From Ostreococcus lucimarinus (taxonomy: Eukaryota), in NCBI GenBank assembly GCA_000092065.1, contig CP000586.1: a stretch of 64,000 bases of DNA. One strand, given 5' to 3'. The position numbers and the translations under genes are program-made. This document shows positions 19,474-29,900 of the stretch, one piece after another (the stretch's first letter is position 1; every line of letters starts with the position of its first letter). Under the pieces are notes generated by a model. It worked only from the letters and a program-made list of their open reading frames with translations, was not told where the DNA came from and searched no databases.

Positions 19474-20389
19474 TCGTAGTCTTCGTGGAAGTCATCTTAG
19501 CACCGCCGCGACGACCAACGCACGATTCGACGTGCGCGCGCCATTCTTTCGCCGTCGGTTCGTTCGCGAGACATTCCTCGCAGCAGTTCCACTCGCCGCA
19601 ACGCGAACACCGCGACATCGAGACATCTTCTTCCAGACATTTATCGCAGTACGCGCGTCGGCGGCAGATGTCGCAAACGACGAGAAGATACGAGCATTTT
19701 CGGCAAAAGCCAGCTTCCGCGCGTCCACAGTGCGCGGTGCGCAAGCGCAACTCATCTGGATCGTGCTTCGATCCCACTCGTTGTTGACATCGATCGCAAA
19801 AGAACGTGTCGTGGCACCTCGCGCACGCCTTCAGCACGCCGTGCGCGCAACGATAGCAATGCTCGCGAAGTAAATTCGGCGTGACGTGGCAATCGAGAAG
19901 CACCGTCCCCCCCGTGAGCGTCATGCACCGTCGACACAGCAACGCCACGGCTTCGCACTTTTTACATCGCGCCAAGTGATGATAATCGCACAGGAATTTC
20001 TTGCAATTCGCGCACTGCGAGATGTCCATCTCGCAGCGATGCCCCGCGTACGGGGCCAACCATTTTCGTATCGACACCGAAGTCTGCAACAGCAGCGAGA
20101 TCTGAAACGCTGTGTTCTGAACCGCTGTGTTCGCGTCTTCGCCCGGTAATTCGCGACCCTCGTCGCGCTCGTGGGATTCGCACGCGTCCTGATACTTGGG
20201 CACGAGACTACGAAACGTCCTGTTCAGCTGCGAGCACACGAGGTTGCCGACGAAACTCGCCGGTATCGCGCCCTCGTTGCCGCAAGGGCAACGCGCGCGC
20301 GCGATCTCGGGCGTGTTGAGCCTGCTCAGGATGTGCGTCTCGAAGACGTCGTAGTGCGAGATCACGAAGGGCGTCAGATGGTCCGTCAT
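19463..20389 (-). CDS. F-box-like, cysteine-rich multi-zinc-finger protein
   Basis: N-terminal F-box-like VFETHILSRLNTPEIARA, followed by more than 10 CxxC pairs (B-box or zf-like). Confidence 0.5.
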   Translation of the reverse strand: MTDHLTPFVISHYDVFETHILSRLNTPEIARARCPCGNEGAIPASFVGNLVCSQLNRTFRSLVPKYQDACESHERDEGRELPGEDANTAVQNTAFQISLLLQTSVSIRKWLAPYAGHRCEMDISQCANCKKFLCDYHHLARCKKCEAVALLCRRCMTLTGGTVLLDCHVTPNLLREHCYRCAHGVLKACARCHDTFFCDRCQQRVGSKHDPDELRLRTAHCGRAEAGFCRKCSYLLVVCDICRRRAYCDKCLEEDVSMSRCSRCGEWNCCEECLANEPTAKEWRAHVESCVGRRGGAKMTSTKTTTTS

Positions 20390-20861
20390 GATGTGCCGCG
20401 TCGACGCGCGTCGTTACACGTCGTCGTCGGAGAGTCGAACGATCGATTCGCATCGTGCCTCTACCGCGCGCGTCCTCGAACGTACGCGTCGACGTTAAAT
20501 ATATCCTCGCTGAGAATCGGCCCACCCCGCTCGCGTCCCCGTCCCCGCGCGCGTTCGCGTTCGCGTTCGCGCGCGTTCGATTTCGCGCCCCCTCGCGCCG
20601 TCCCCGTCGTCGCCTCGCCGCCGCTCCCGCCGCCGCTCGAATCCCCCCCGCTCGAATTCACGATCACCGTCGTCGATATTCTCTTCGAAAACGACACGCT
20701 CTTCCGTCCTCGACGCGCGTCCGCGTCGTCGTCGTCGCCGTCGCGCGCGCTCGAAGACCTCGACAGCGACGACCGCCGCGCGCGCGCGCCGCCCTCCGAC
20801 CGCGCGCTGTCCGTGCGCTCCATCGACGCCGTCGCGCGCGCGCGCCTCGCCTCGCTCGCCT

Positions 20862-20865
<4 letters not shown>

Positions 20866-20925
<60 letters not shown>
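20866..20925. repeat. (GTC)n microsatellite (~15-20 units) in the divergent promoter between the F-box/ZnF gene and the JmjC gene
   Basis: Uninterrupted GTCGTCGTC... run. Confidence 0.8.
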
Positions 20926-20926
<1 letters not shown>

Positions 20927-21093
20927 TCGTCGCGCGCGTCGTCGTCCGGCGTCGACGCGCGCGCGGCGCGGCAGCCGAGGCACGCCATCCGGACGAACGC
21001 GTCGCGCGTCGCGTCGGCGCGCGCGCGCGGCGACGCGCGCGCGTGTGCGGCGACGCGCGGCGCGACGCCGCCACATCATCGCGCGTCCGAACG

Positions 21094-22641
21094 ATGTCGA
21101 CGCCGCGCAAGCGCGCGCGCGCCGGCGACGGCGCCGGCGCGCGCGACGACGACGACGACGACGGCGACGACGACGGCGGCGGCGACGCGCGACGACCGCT
21201 CGTCGTGGACGCGCGCGACGCGACGCTGCCCGACGCGGCGCTCTGGGACGAACACGCCGAGCGCGGCGACGCCGACGCGCTGTTCGAACACGCGATCGCG
21301 CCGCTCGACGCGGCGACGTTCGCGACGTGCGTCGATAGACGCGCGGTGTGCGTCAAGCGCGGCGGACGGGCGCACTACGGGTCGTGGATGACGATGGAGG
21401 CGGTGACGCGGGCGACGCGCGACGGCGAGGCGCGGTACGGCGTGGATTTAGACGTGACGTCGTACGTCGACGGCGTGCGAAGGACGCATAATAGGAATAG
21501 CGACGCGGGACGCGAGGCCGACGACGAGGACGACGATGTCGGGGAATTGGTGGACGCGGACGCGGTGTTGACGCGGAGGTTCGGCGAGGAACGACGGTCG
21601 GTGCGGTTGTTGCATCCGCAGACGCGGTGCGACGCGACGTGGAAGATTTTAGCGACTCTGGAGCGGTATTTCGAGTGCGCGTGTGGGTGCAACGTGTACG
21701 TGACGCCGGCGAGTTCACAAGGGTTCGCGCCGCATTACGACGACATCGACGCGTTCGTGTTGCAGATCGAAGGCGCGAAGCGGTGGCGGGTGTACGAGCC
21801 GTTCGAGGACGAGACGCACCCGAGGACGAGCTCTAGGAACTTCACGCAAGAGGAGATCGCGACGCAGCGCGTGGTTTTCGACGACGTGCTCGAGGCTGGG
21901 GACTTTTTGTACCTGCCGCGCGGTTGGATTCACCAGGCGGAGTGCTCGTCGTCGACGCACAGCGTGCACGCGACGTTATCGACGAATCAATCCAACGCGC
22001 CGGCTGATGCGCTCGAAATCGCGTTGAACAACGCGCTGGCTTCCACGATCGACGGTCGCGCGGAGTTACGAAGGAGTTTCGTTTCCACGTTGAACGACGA
22101 GCGTCGTCGCGACGCCGCGTTGGAGGGACTGGGAGAAGAGTTGCGCGCGTTTGCGAGCGAGCTCCAAGGCGACTTCGGCGCGGCGCTCGTAGAGCACGCG
22201 TACGCGTCGCTCGAGGCACGGTTCATGATGCAACGGTGCCCACCGCCGGATTCACACTTGCTGCGATCGAAAGCGCGGTGCACCGGAGACGTCGCCGCGG
22301 CTGAGCTGCGGAGCGGCGCGAGAACGCGAGTGGCGTCGCAAATCGAAGGCGCGCCGTTTTCAATTTTACGAGAGAGCCCGGCGACGACGTTGTTTCATCC
22401 ATTTCAAAATCGCCGCGACGGCGCGCACGTGCGCGTGCTCGGCGTCGATAGCGCCGACGAAGACCGACTCGGTCGCGTCGTCGTGCCGAGCGACGTCGAC
22501 GACGAGCGTCTCGACGAGCTTCTGGACGCCGTGCGGTCGGGCGACGCGCTCGAAATCGCAAAAACGAACTTTCGCGAGAACAACTTTCTCGAGCTCGTGT
22601 GCGAGCTCGTTCGGTGCGGGGCGTTGGCGGCGTTAGATTAG
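21094..22641 (+). CDS. JmjC-domain ribosomal oxygenase (NO66/MINA53-like)
   Basis: HYDDIDAFVLQIEGAKRWRVY and LYLPRGWIHQAE JmjC signatures. The track ORF opens at 20455, but the region up to 21093 is a low-complexity promoter containing a (GTC)n microsatellite. Start ATG at 21094 (MSTPRKRARAG, acidic N-terminal tract). Confidence 0.75.
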   Translation: MSTPRKRARAGDGAGARDDDDDDGDDDGGGDARRPLVVDARDATLPDAALWDEHAERGDADALFEHAIAPLDAATFATCVDRRAVCVKRGGRAHYGSWMTMEAVTRATRDGEARYGVDLDVTSYVDGVRRTHNRNSDAGREADDEDDDVGELVDADAVLTRRFGEERRSVRLLHPQTRCDATWKILATLERYFECACGCNVYVTPASSQGFAPHYDDIDAFVLQIEGAKRWRVYEPFEDETHPRTSSRNFTQEEIATQRVVFDDVLEAGDFLYLPRGWIHQAECSSSTHSVHATLSTNQSNAPADALEIALNNALASTIDGRAELRRSFVSTLNDERRRDAALEGLGEELRAFASELQGDFGAALVEHAYASLEARFMMQRCPPPDSHLLRSKARCTGDVAAAELRSGARTRVASQIEGAPFSILRESPATTLFHPFQNRRDGAHVRVLGVDSADEDRLGRVVVPSDVDDERLDELLDAVRSGDALEIAKTNFRENNFLELVCELVRCGALAALD

Positions 22642-22751
22642 ATGAGTCGGAAATCGGGTATGAGAATAGCTTAGGTGAACTAAATAATATGATGTACAGT
22701 AATGATGGGCTAAAAAGCATATCCGATCGCATGACGTAACGGGTGATGAGC

Positions 22752-22755
22752 AAAA
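22752..22755 (-). terminator. Candidate Pol III T4 terminator ~20 nt downstream of the tRNA
   Basis: Minus-strand TTTT within ...TTAACTTTTGC... immediately 3' of the tRNA. Confidence 0.35.
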
Positions 22756-22773
22756 GTTAACAGTGAGGGATGA

Positions 22774-22949
22774 TGACTCCGGTGGGGTTCGAACCCACGC
22801 CCTTTCGGACCAGAATGTTACGTTGCGATTGTTCTCGCATGGTACGAAAGCGGGCGCGCGCGCGACTCGCGTCGCGCGCGTTGTTTTTCCCGTAGTTCCT
22901 CCTCGTGTTCTCCTTAATCTGGCGCCTTAGACCACTCGGCCACAGAGTC
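22774..22949 (-). tRNA. tRNA-Leu (anticodon AAG), class II, with a ~96-nt intron at the canonical 37/38 position
   Basis: Reverse complement reads GACTCTG TG GCC GAGTGGTCTAA GGC G CCAGA TTAAGG [intron] T TCTGG TCCGAAAGGGC GTGGG TTCGAAC CCCAC CGGAGTC A. Acceptor and anticodon stems pair (with G-U wobbles); U33 and G37 present; T-loop GTTCGAA. Exons are 22949..22912 and 22815..22774. Confidence 0.75.
22816..22911 (-). other. tRNA intron (~96 nt) containing a perfect 10-bp GC hairpin with a GCGA tetraloop
   Basis: The sequence between anticodon-loop nt 37 and 38 contains CGCGCGCGAC-GCGA-GTCGCGCGCG. Confidence 0.6.
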
Positions 22950-23428
22950 CACAGAGTCCTCATAATACGATACTCATCAACGATAAATTCCGCCCACCGA
23001 CCCGCGCGCGCACGCGTGCGCAAAGTTACGGGTTTCTCGATCGCGCGCGGCGCGCACATACCCGTGAGAGCCACTTCACACCGTGATTTAGGTGCGTCAT
23101 CGCGCGCCCCCCCCGAAAAAAAACAAAAAAAACGCTGGCGCGTGAATCTTCGCGAATCGAATCTATCGCGCGCGACCCCCCCTGTCGTTGAGTCGCGACT
23201 CGCGGAACGCCACCGCACTTTTTCCCCGCGTCCGCGTCAGCGCTTCGCCCGACGGCGACGGCACTCCCCCGCACGCGCGACCGACGTCGCCGCGACCGAC
23301 CCACGGCGTCCACGCGGTCGCGACGCGCGCGTCGAATCCATCCCAGACAGAGTTCCGCGCCGAGCGCGAACGAGGTGCGCGCGGTCGAGCGACGACGCGA
23401 GCGGACGATCGCGGGGACGACCGCCGCG

Positions 23429-23444
23429 CCATCTTATAAGATGG
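23429..23444. promoter_or_regulatory. Perfect 16-bp palindrome CCATCTTATAAGATGG (TATA-like on both strands) 185 nt upstream of the eEF3 ATG
   Basis: The sequence is identical to its own reverse complement. It is the only TATAAG in this GC-rich promoter. Confidence 0.45.
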
Positions 23445-23628
23445 GGGAATCCAGATCTCGCGGGGACGGACGGACGATTCGTTCGTTCGTTCGTTCGTTC
23501 GCGGTTCGCGGTTCGCGGTTCGCGATGGATCGCGATGGATCGCGACGCGTTTCGCGCATCGCGCGTACTGACCGCGTCTCCGTCGTCACGCAGAAGAAAG
23601 CCCTCCGACCGATCGCTCGAGATTCGGA

Positions 23629-26600
23629 ATGACTTTTAAAGACGCCGCCTCGGCCGTCGCGACGCTCGGAAATTCCGATGACGAAGCGACGAAGATTTCG
23701 GTGATAAACGCCATCGGTGCCGCGATGACGTCCTCGGCTGATGTTTCGGCGCACGCGGAGATCACGCTGAGCGAACCGCTCGTCGCGGCGCTCCTCGCCG
23801 CGTCGGCGGACAAAAAGTCGAGCGACGTGTGCGCCGCCGCCTCGGCGACGCTTCAAACGTTGGCGACGAAAGCGCACGATTTCGTCGTCGGCGCCGCGAT
23901 CATTCCGGCGACTCTCGCCGCGCTCGATCCGAAGGAGCGCTGGCAGACGCAAGTCGCCGCCGCCGAAGTGTTGTCCAAGCTCTCCGACTGCGCGCCGCAA
24001 GCCGTCGCGTCGAACATGATCTCCATCTTGCCCGTCGTCACGTCCATGGTGAACGACGCCAAGAAGGAGGTCGCGGATGCGACCAGAAAGGCTCTCGAGC
24101 GTCTGTGCCACACCATCGACAACCGCGACGTCGAACCGTTCATTTCGGCGATGGTTGAGGCGACGATTGATCACGAGAAAACCGACGAGTGCGTGCAAAA
24201 GCTCGCGTCGACGACCTTCGTGCAAACCGTCACGGCGGCGCCGTTGGCGTTGATCTCGCCGATTCTCCTCTTGGGGTTCCGCGCCAGGACGACCGCGACC
24301 AAGCGCATGTCCGCCGTCATCGTGAACAACATGTCCAAGCTCGTGGAGGATCCCGAGGACGCGGCGCCCTTCTTGCCCAACCTCTTGCCCGCGGTGTCCA
24401 AGGCGTCGGACCAAATCTCCGATCCCGAGGCGCGCACGGTGTGTGGCAAGGCTTGTGAGCAGTTGCAATCGATCGAGGACCGATTGAAGGACGCGTCTTT
24501 CAAGTCCAAGCGAGCCGTCTTCGACGTCGTCAAGGGCGAGGTGGACAAGCACCTCGGCGCCAAGTTCGACGCTTCGTTGTCCACGTATTACACCACCATC
24601 GCCTGCGCGTTGGTGAACGCGAAGTGCCATGACTACGATTACGAGGAAGCGTTCAAGTCGTTCGACGCCGTCAAGGAAGTTCGCGCGCTTCACGAAGCCT
24701 TGGACAAGATTTACGGCGACGTCGAAGTCGACGACGACGACGACGACACCGCCGACGTCTTGGCCGATTGTCAGTTCACCTTGGCGTACGGTTCAAAGGT
24801 TTTGTTGCACAACACCAAGTTGAAGCTCAGGCGTGGCCACAAGTACGCCCTTCTCGGCGGTAACGACAGCGGTAAGTCGTCGCTCATGCGCGCCATCGCC
24901 AACGAACAAGTTGAAGGCTTCCCGCCCGCCACCGAGCTTCGCACCGTCTTCGTCGAAGCCGACATCATCGGCGAGCTTTCCGATTTGCCGTGCGTGGATT
25001 ACATTCTGGCCGATCCGCGCATCAAGGCGGCGGGCATTTCCGAACAGACGGTGGAGAAGATGCTTCTCAACGTCGGCTTCGGTGAGATGCAAAACGGCGC
25101 GCGCAACTTGGTCACCTTCCTTTCGGGCGGCTGGCGCATGAAACTCGCGCTCGCGCGCGCGATGTGCTTGAACGCGGATATTTTGCTCATGGACGAACCC
25201 ACGAACCACTTGGACGTGATGAACGTGAAGTGGGTCGAAGAGTACTTGAAGTCTCTCACCGACGTCACCGCGATTTTGGTTTCGCACGACACCGGCTTTG
25301 TCGACCGCGTGTGCAACAACATCATCTCCATCGAAAACTTGAAGTTGAAGCAGTTCCGAGGTAACTTGACCGAGTTTGTCGAGAAAAATCCCAAGGCGAA
25401 GTCCTTCTTTGAGCTCAAGAGCTCGACCGGTTTCGTCATGCGCTTCCCACAACCGGGTTACATCGACGGCGTCAAGTCCAAGGGCAAGCCGCTGATGAAG
25501 ATGGCGCACTGCACGTACACTTACCCGGTGAACAACGCGCCAACCGTGAAAGATGTCACCGTGCAAGTCTCTCTCGCCTCGCGAGTCGCGTGCGTCGGGC
25601 CGAACGGTGTTGGCAAGTCGACGATGATTAAGCTTCTCACCGGAGAAATCGTCCCGCAAGAGGGCACGGTTTGGAAGCATCCGAACGCGCGCGTGGCGTA
25701 CGTCGCCCAGCACGCGTTCCACCACATCGAGCAGCACTTGGACAAGACGCCGAATGAGTACATTCGCTGGCGTTACCAGCACGGCGACGACAAGGAAGCT
25801 TTGGTCAAGGACACGATGACGCTCACGGATGAAGAGCGCGAGCGCTGCAAGCAGCCGATCATGATTGACCTCGGAAACGATGAGAAGGGCAACCCGATCA
25901 AGCTCAAGATGGCCATCGAAAAACTCACCGGCGGTCGCAAGCAAGTGAAGAAGGAGTACGAGTACGAAGTGCAATTCGTCGGTCGTGATTACAACTCGAA
26001 CCGCTACTTGCAAGCGTCCAAGCTCGCGAAGTGGGGCTTCGAAAAGCACATGAAAATTGTGGACGAAAAGGTCGCCGCTCGCGCGGGCGCCATGCACACT
26101 CCGTTAACGACGGCGAACGTCGAGAAGCACCTCGAAGACGTCGGCTTGGACAAGGAGTTTGGCACCCACACTCGCATGGGTGCGCTTTCCGGCGGGCAAA
26201 AGGTCAAGGTCGTCATCGCGGCGTCCATGTGGAACTGCCCGCACATCGTCATTCTCGACGAACCGACCAACTACTTGGATCGCGATTCCCTCGGCGCGCT
26301 CGCGGGTGCGATTCAAGTCTACGAAGGCGGTGTCGTCATGATTACGCACAACAACGAGTTCTGCTCTGCGCTTTGCCCGGAGACTTGGCTCATGGAGAAG
26401 GCGGACGACGGCATCGCGCGATGCAACTGCAAGGGCGACGCGGAATGGATGGCCAAGGCTGCCAAGAAGGACGTCACCGCCGCCGCCGCGCTCGAAGAGT
26501 TCACCGACGCTTTGGGCAACGTCGTCGAAGTCAAGAAAAAGGTTGACAAGAACAGCAAGGAGGCGAAGAAAAAGGCCAAGCTCAAGGCGAAGCGTCGCGC

Positions 26601-26667
26601 GCGCGGCGAAGAAGTGAGCGACAGCGAAGACGGCGAATGGGAAGGCTTTGGCGAAGGCGAGGATTAA
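23629..26667 (+). CDS. EF3: Translation elongation factor 3 (eEF3)
   Basis: N-terminal HEAT repeats collinear with yeast eEF3. Two ABC cassettes (GGNDSGKSSL and GPNGVGKST Walker A; LSGGWRMK and LSGGQKVK signatures). Chromodomain-like insert in ABC2 and a K-rich C-terminal tail. Confidence 0.85.
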   Translation: MTFKDAASAVATLGNSDDEATKISVINAIGAAMTSSADVSAHAEITLSEPLVAALLAASADKKSSDVCAAASATLQTLATKAHDFVVGAAIIPATLAALDPKERWQTQVAAAEVLSKLSDCAPQAVASNMISILPVVTSMVNDAKKEVADATRKALERLCHTIDNRDVEPFISAMVEATIDHEKTDECVQKLASTTFVQTVTAAPLALISPILLLGFRARTTATKRMSAVIVNNMSKLVEDPEDAAPFLPNLLPAVSKASDQISDPEARTVCGKACEQLQSIEDRLKDASFKSKRAVFDVVKGEVDKHLGAKFDASLSTYYTTIACALVNAKCHDYDYEEAFKSFDAVKEVRALHEALDKIYGDVEVDDDDDDTADVLADCQFTLAYGSKVLLHNTKLKLRRGHKYALLGGNDSGKSSLMRAIANEQVEGFPPATELRTVFVEADIIGELSDLPCVDYILADPRIKAAGISEQTVEKMLLNVGFGEMQNGARNLVTFLSGGWRMKLALARAMCLNADILLMDEPTNHLDVMNVKWVEEYLKSLTDVTAILVSHDTGFVDRVCNNIISIENLKLKQFRGNLTEFVEKNPKAKSFFELKSSTGFVMRFPQPGYIDGVKSKGKPLMKMAHCTYTYPVNNAPTVKDVTVQVSLASRVACVGPNGVGKSTMIKLLTGEIVPQEGTVWKHPNARVAYVAQHAFHHIEQHLDKTPNEYIRWRYQHGDDKEALVKDTMTLTDEERERCKQPIMIDLGNDEKGNPIKLKMAIEKLTGGRKQVKKEYEYEVQFVGRDYNSNRYLQASKLAKWGFEKHMKIVDEKVAARAGAMHTPLTTANVEKHLEDVGLDKEFGTHTRMGALSGGQKVKVVIAASMWNCPHIVILDEPTNYLDRDSLGALAGAIQVYEGGVVMITHNNEFCSALCPETWLMEKADDGIARCNCKGDAEWMAKAAKKDVTAAAALEEFTDALGNVVEVKKKVDKNSKEAKKKAKLKAKRRARGEEVSDSEDGEWEGFGEGED

Positions 26668-26906
26668 TCGTCGCGTCAATCATCTCTACCGATCGCACAG
26701 AGAATCAATACCTCGCCACACGTCGACCGCGCGGCGGCTTCTCCTTTACCGCGCCCCGCGCTCTTCGGTCGCACCTGAATAATCTTTACACCGTTACCAA
26801 CACACCCACCCGAATGTAATACGCCCGCGCGCGAGGACGGGACTCGTTGTAATTACGCACACGTATCATACACAGTTATTAACCAATCTTTTATAAAATG
26901 TATCTG

Positions 26907-29900
26907 CTACGTCGATCGAGGCGCGGGAGCGGTGAAAAAGGCGTGCAGCGACGCCTGTTGTCTGTTGACTTGTTTCAGCGGACTGCGCTTTCGAGGCGTT
27001 GACGTCTTCGATTTCGGGCTAGTCGAGCGTCGACGTTGCGCTTGCTTTGTCTGCCACATTCGGAGCGCCTCCATGTCGCGCTTCAGGCGCGCCTCGGTTG
27101 CGGCTTTCTTTTGTGCGGCGAGAATTTCAGCCTTGGACGGTTTCTTCGGCGGGCGCAGAAGAGCTTGTAACAATCGCGCGAGACGCGTTTTGAGCGTCGA
27201 CAATGGCGGCCAATCCACCACCTCGCGGTACTCGCCGTCGTCGTACACGCCGGTTCTCGCGGCGAATCGTAACGATCGATCGTTACGCACGCACTCGAGC
27301 TGCTTCTCGAGCGCCGGCGTGTACCCCGGCGTGTAGCCGTAGCGTAAAGAACCGCGAAGAAGATCGGCGTCATCCTCCGTCGTCCACCACGACGCTGGGA
27401 CGGTCGCTTTGTGCCCGAGAGTTGGAACATTAAACTCCGCCTTTTCCTTTGGCAACCCAGTCTTCAAGGCCGTTTGCGCCGAATCCGCGCCCTCGACGTC
27501 GATCAGTTCTTCGTCTACTTGCACGAGTTTCGCCAGCGCCGCGCGCTGTCGCATCAGTTTGGCGCGGCGCGGCATGGCGCGGAGCATCTTCGTCCACAAC
27601 ACGCGACTCACGAGCGCGTTGGTCGCTCGTTCGGGAACGACGACTCGCTCCAAAGCCGAAAACACGGCGGCTTTCGTCTCCTCGGTATCTTCGCCCTCGT
27701 CGCCATCTTTGTCATCATCCTTGTCGCCATCATCGTCCTTGTCGCCGTCTTGCACATCACTCGCGCGCGTTTGTACCGTCGAAACGCCGTCGCTCGTCGA
27801 CTTCCCTCGAGCGGCTTCGATGGCGGCGAACATGGCCAGAATCGCGTTCGCTACCTCCATCTTCTGCTCGAACGGCTTGTCCACGTCCAGGGTCCCATAC
27901 GTGACGGCGCGAAAAACGTTCCCATCTGGTGCGCCGAAAGCGACGACAGCATCGATAGTTTGCTCAACTTCGTACGTCAACCAGTTTAGCTTCGCTTCCT
28001 CTCTCGCGCGCTCCTTCTCCGCCGCGCGCTCCTTTCGGCGCGCCTCACGATCTTCGTGTCTGAGCTTCTTGTCCTCCTCGCGCTGACGCTTGGATTCGGC
28101 TCGGCGCTGGTTGTACGTCTCGCGCGACGACTTTCGACCGTGAGGAGGCGCTTCGGCGTTTTGTATGAGCGCAACACTTTCTTTGTAGTTGACCTTGCGC
28201 CGCTTGCGCGGACCTTCGACGGCGAAACGCTTGTCCACGACTTGCTCAGCCGCCTTGTCTTTCGCCGCTTGAATCGCGGTGCTCCCGAACGCCTCGGCCC
28301 AGAACGTTTCGTCATCTACGTCATCACCTGCCTCAGCGCCGAATGTGGCCACGGAGAACGAGTTACCGACGCGCGGACCAACCTCTCGGTGCTCGGCGCG
28401 ACGCGCGAGAATCTCGTCGATGTCCTCCGCCTCGAACGCGTTCGCCTCTTCACCTGAACCGTCCTTCAGGGCACCGTGAACACCGAATTTGAGCAACTCG
28501 TTTATTCTCTGCGCTTGTTCTTTAGCCGTCTTCTTAGATTGACGCCCCTCGCCACCGCCGTACTCATCGTCGCCGCCGCCGCCCAGGATCGCCTCGTCAA
28601 GACCGTACTTTCTCGAAGCCGTCTCAAACAACGACTGCTCGTACGTGTCCTTGGTGATGAACCGATACACCTTCACTTCTTTGGTTTGACCGATACGATG
28701 ACAGCGCGCCATAGCTTGCAAGTCATTCTGCGGATTCCAATCAGAATCGAAGATGATGGCGGTATCCGCGGACGTGAGCGTGATGCCCATGCCGCCCGCC
28801 CGAGTCGAGAGCAAGTACGCGAATCCCGCGCCCGGAGTGTTGAATCGATCGATGCCCGCCTGGCGATTTTCCGCGGACGTGTTACCATCTAAACGTTCGG
28901 TTTCATGACCGGATGCGTTCATGAAATCCTGAATAAGGTCGAGAACCATGGTGAATTGCGAGAAAATCAACACCTTGTGTCCGTCGCGTTTGAGCTTGGC
29001 CAGAAGCTTGGCGAGCAAGCCCATCTTCCCGCTTCCCTCGACGAGCAACTGCAGCGCGTTGGGCGGTTGATCACCCTTTTCCGCACACGCCGCCAACCGT
29101 TTATTCGTGTAGTCTTCTTCCAACCCGTCGCACAAGAATGGATGATTGCACACCTTGCGAAGCTCCATGGACAAGTTGCGAAGCTGCGGGACGCTCTTCA
29201 CCTTGGATCCTTCCAACAAGACGTGAATTTGGTTCTCATACAGTGCGCGGTAGTACCCTCGCTGCTGCGCCGTGAGCTCTACCCAGACCACAACTTCTTC
29301 CTTCGCCGGGATCTTTTCCACATCCTCCTTCATTCGTCGCAACATGCGAGGCTTCAAAAGTTCGCGCAGACGCATGACTTGCTCGGCGTCGACGTCGCCG
29401 GATTCGTCACAAAACTCGTCTTGGAAATCCTCCCACGAATGAAACTGTCGAGGATCTAGAATGTGCAGCATGCCGTAGAGTTCTTTAATATTATTCTGGA
29501 TCGGCGTTCCGGTGAGTAAAAGCAACCAATCATATCGAAGCGCGGTCACCGACAGCGTCGTCTGCGAGTTGACGTCTTTGAGTTTGTGCGCCTCGTCGAC
29601 GACGCACATCGCCCAAGAAAACTGCTCGAACAATTCCGTGTTCCGACGCACGTTCTCAAAACTCACCAACATGACGTCAAACTTCACCCTTCGCGTCCCC
29701 GGTATGAAGAACTCGTGCTCGGCGCACATCTCGCGATCCGCCGCCGAGCCGTCGTACACGACGGCGTTCATGTCGGTCCACTTTTCCATTTCGCGCTTCC
29801 AGTGTCCGAGCGTGGTGAGCGGGGCCACGACGCACACGGGTTGTCGTCGACGGATGAGGTTCTTGCGCACGTACTCAATCACCGAGATACACTGCGCCGT

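Noticed and set aside
20455-21093. Track ORF start for the JmjC gene, with a poly-R/poly-V N-terminus
   Set aside because: It is encoded by the (GTC)n microsatellite and GC simple repeats of the promoter. The first plausible Met is at 21094.
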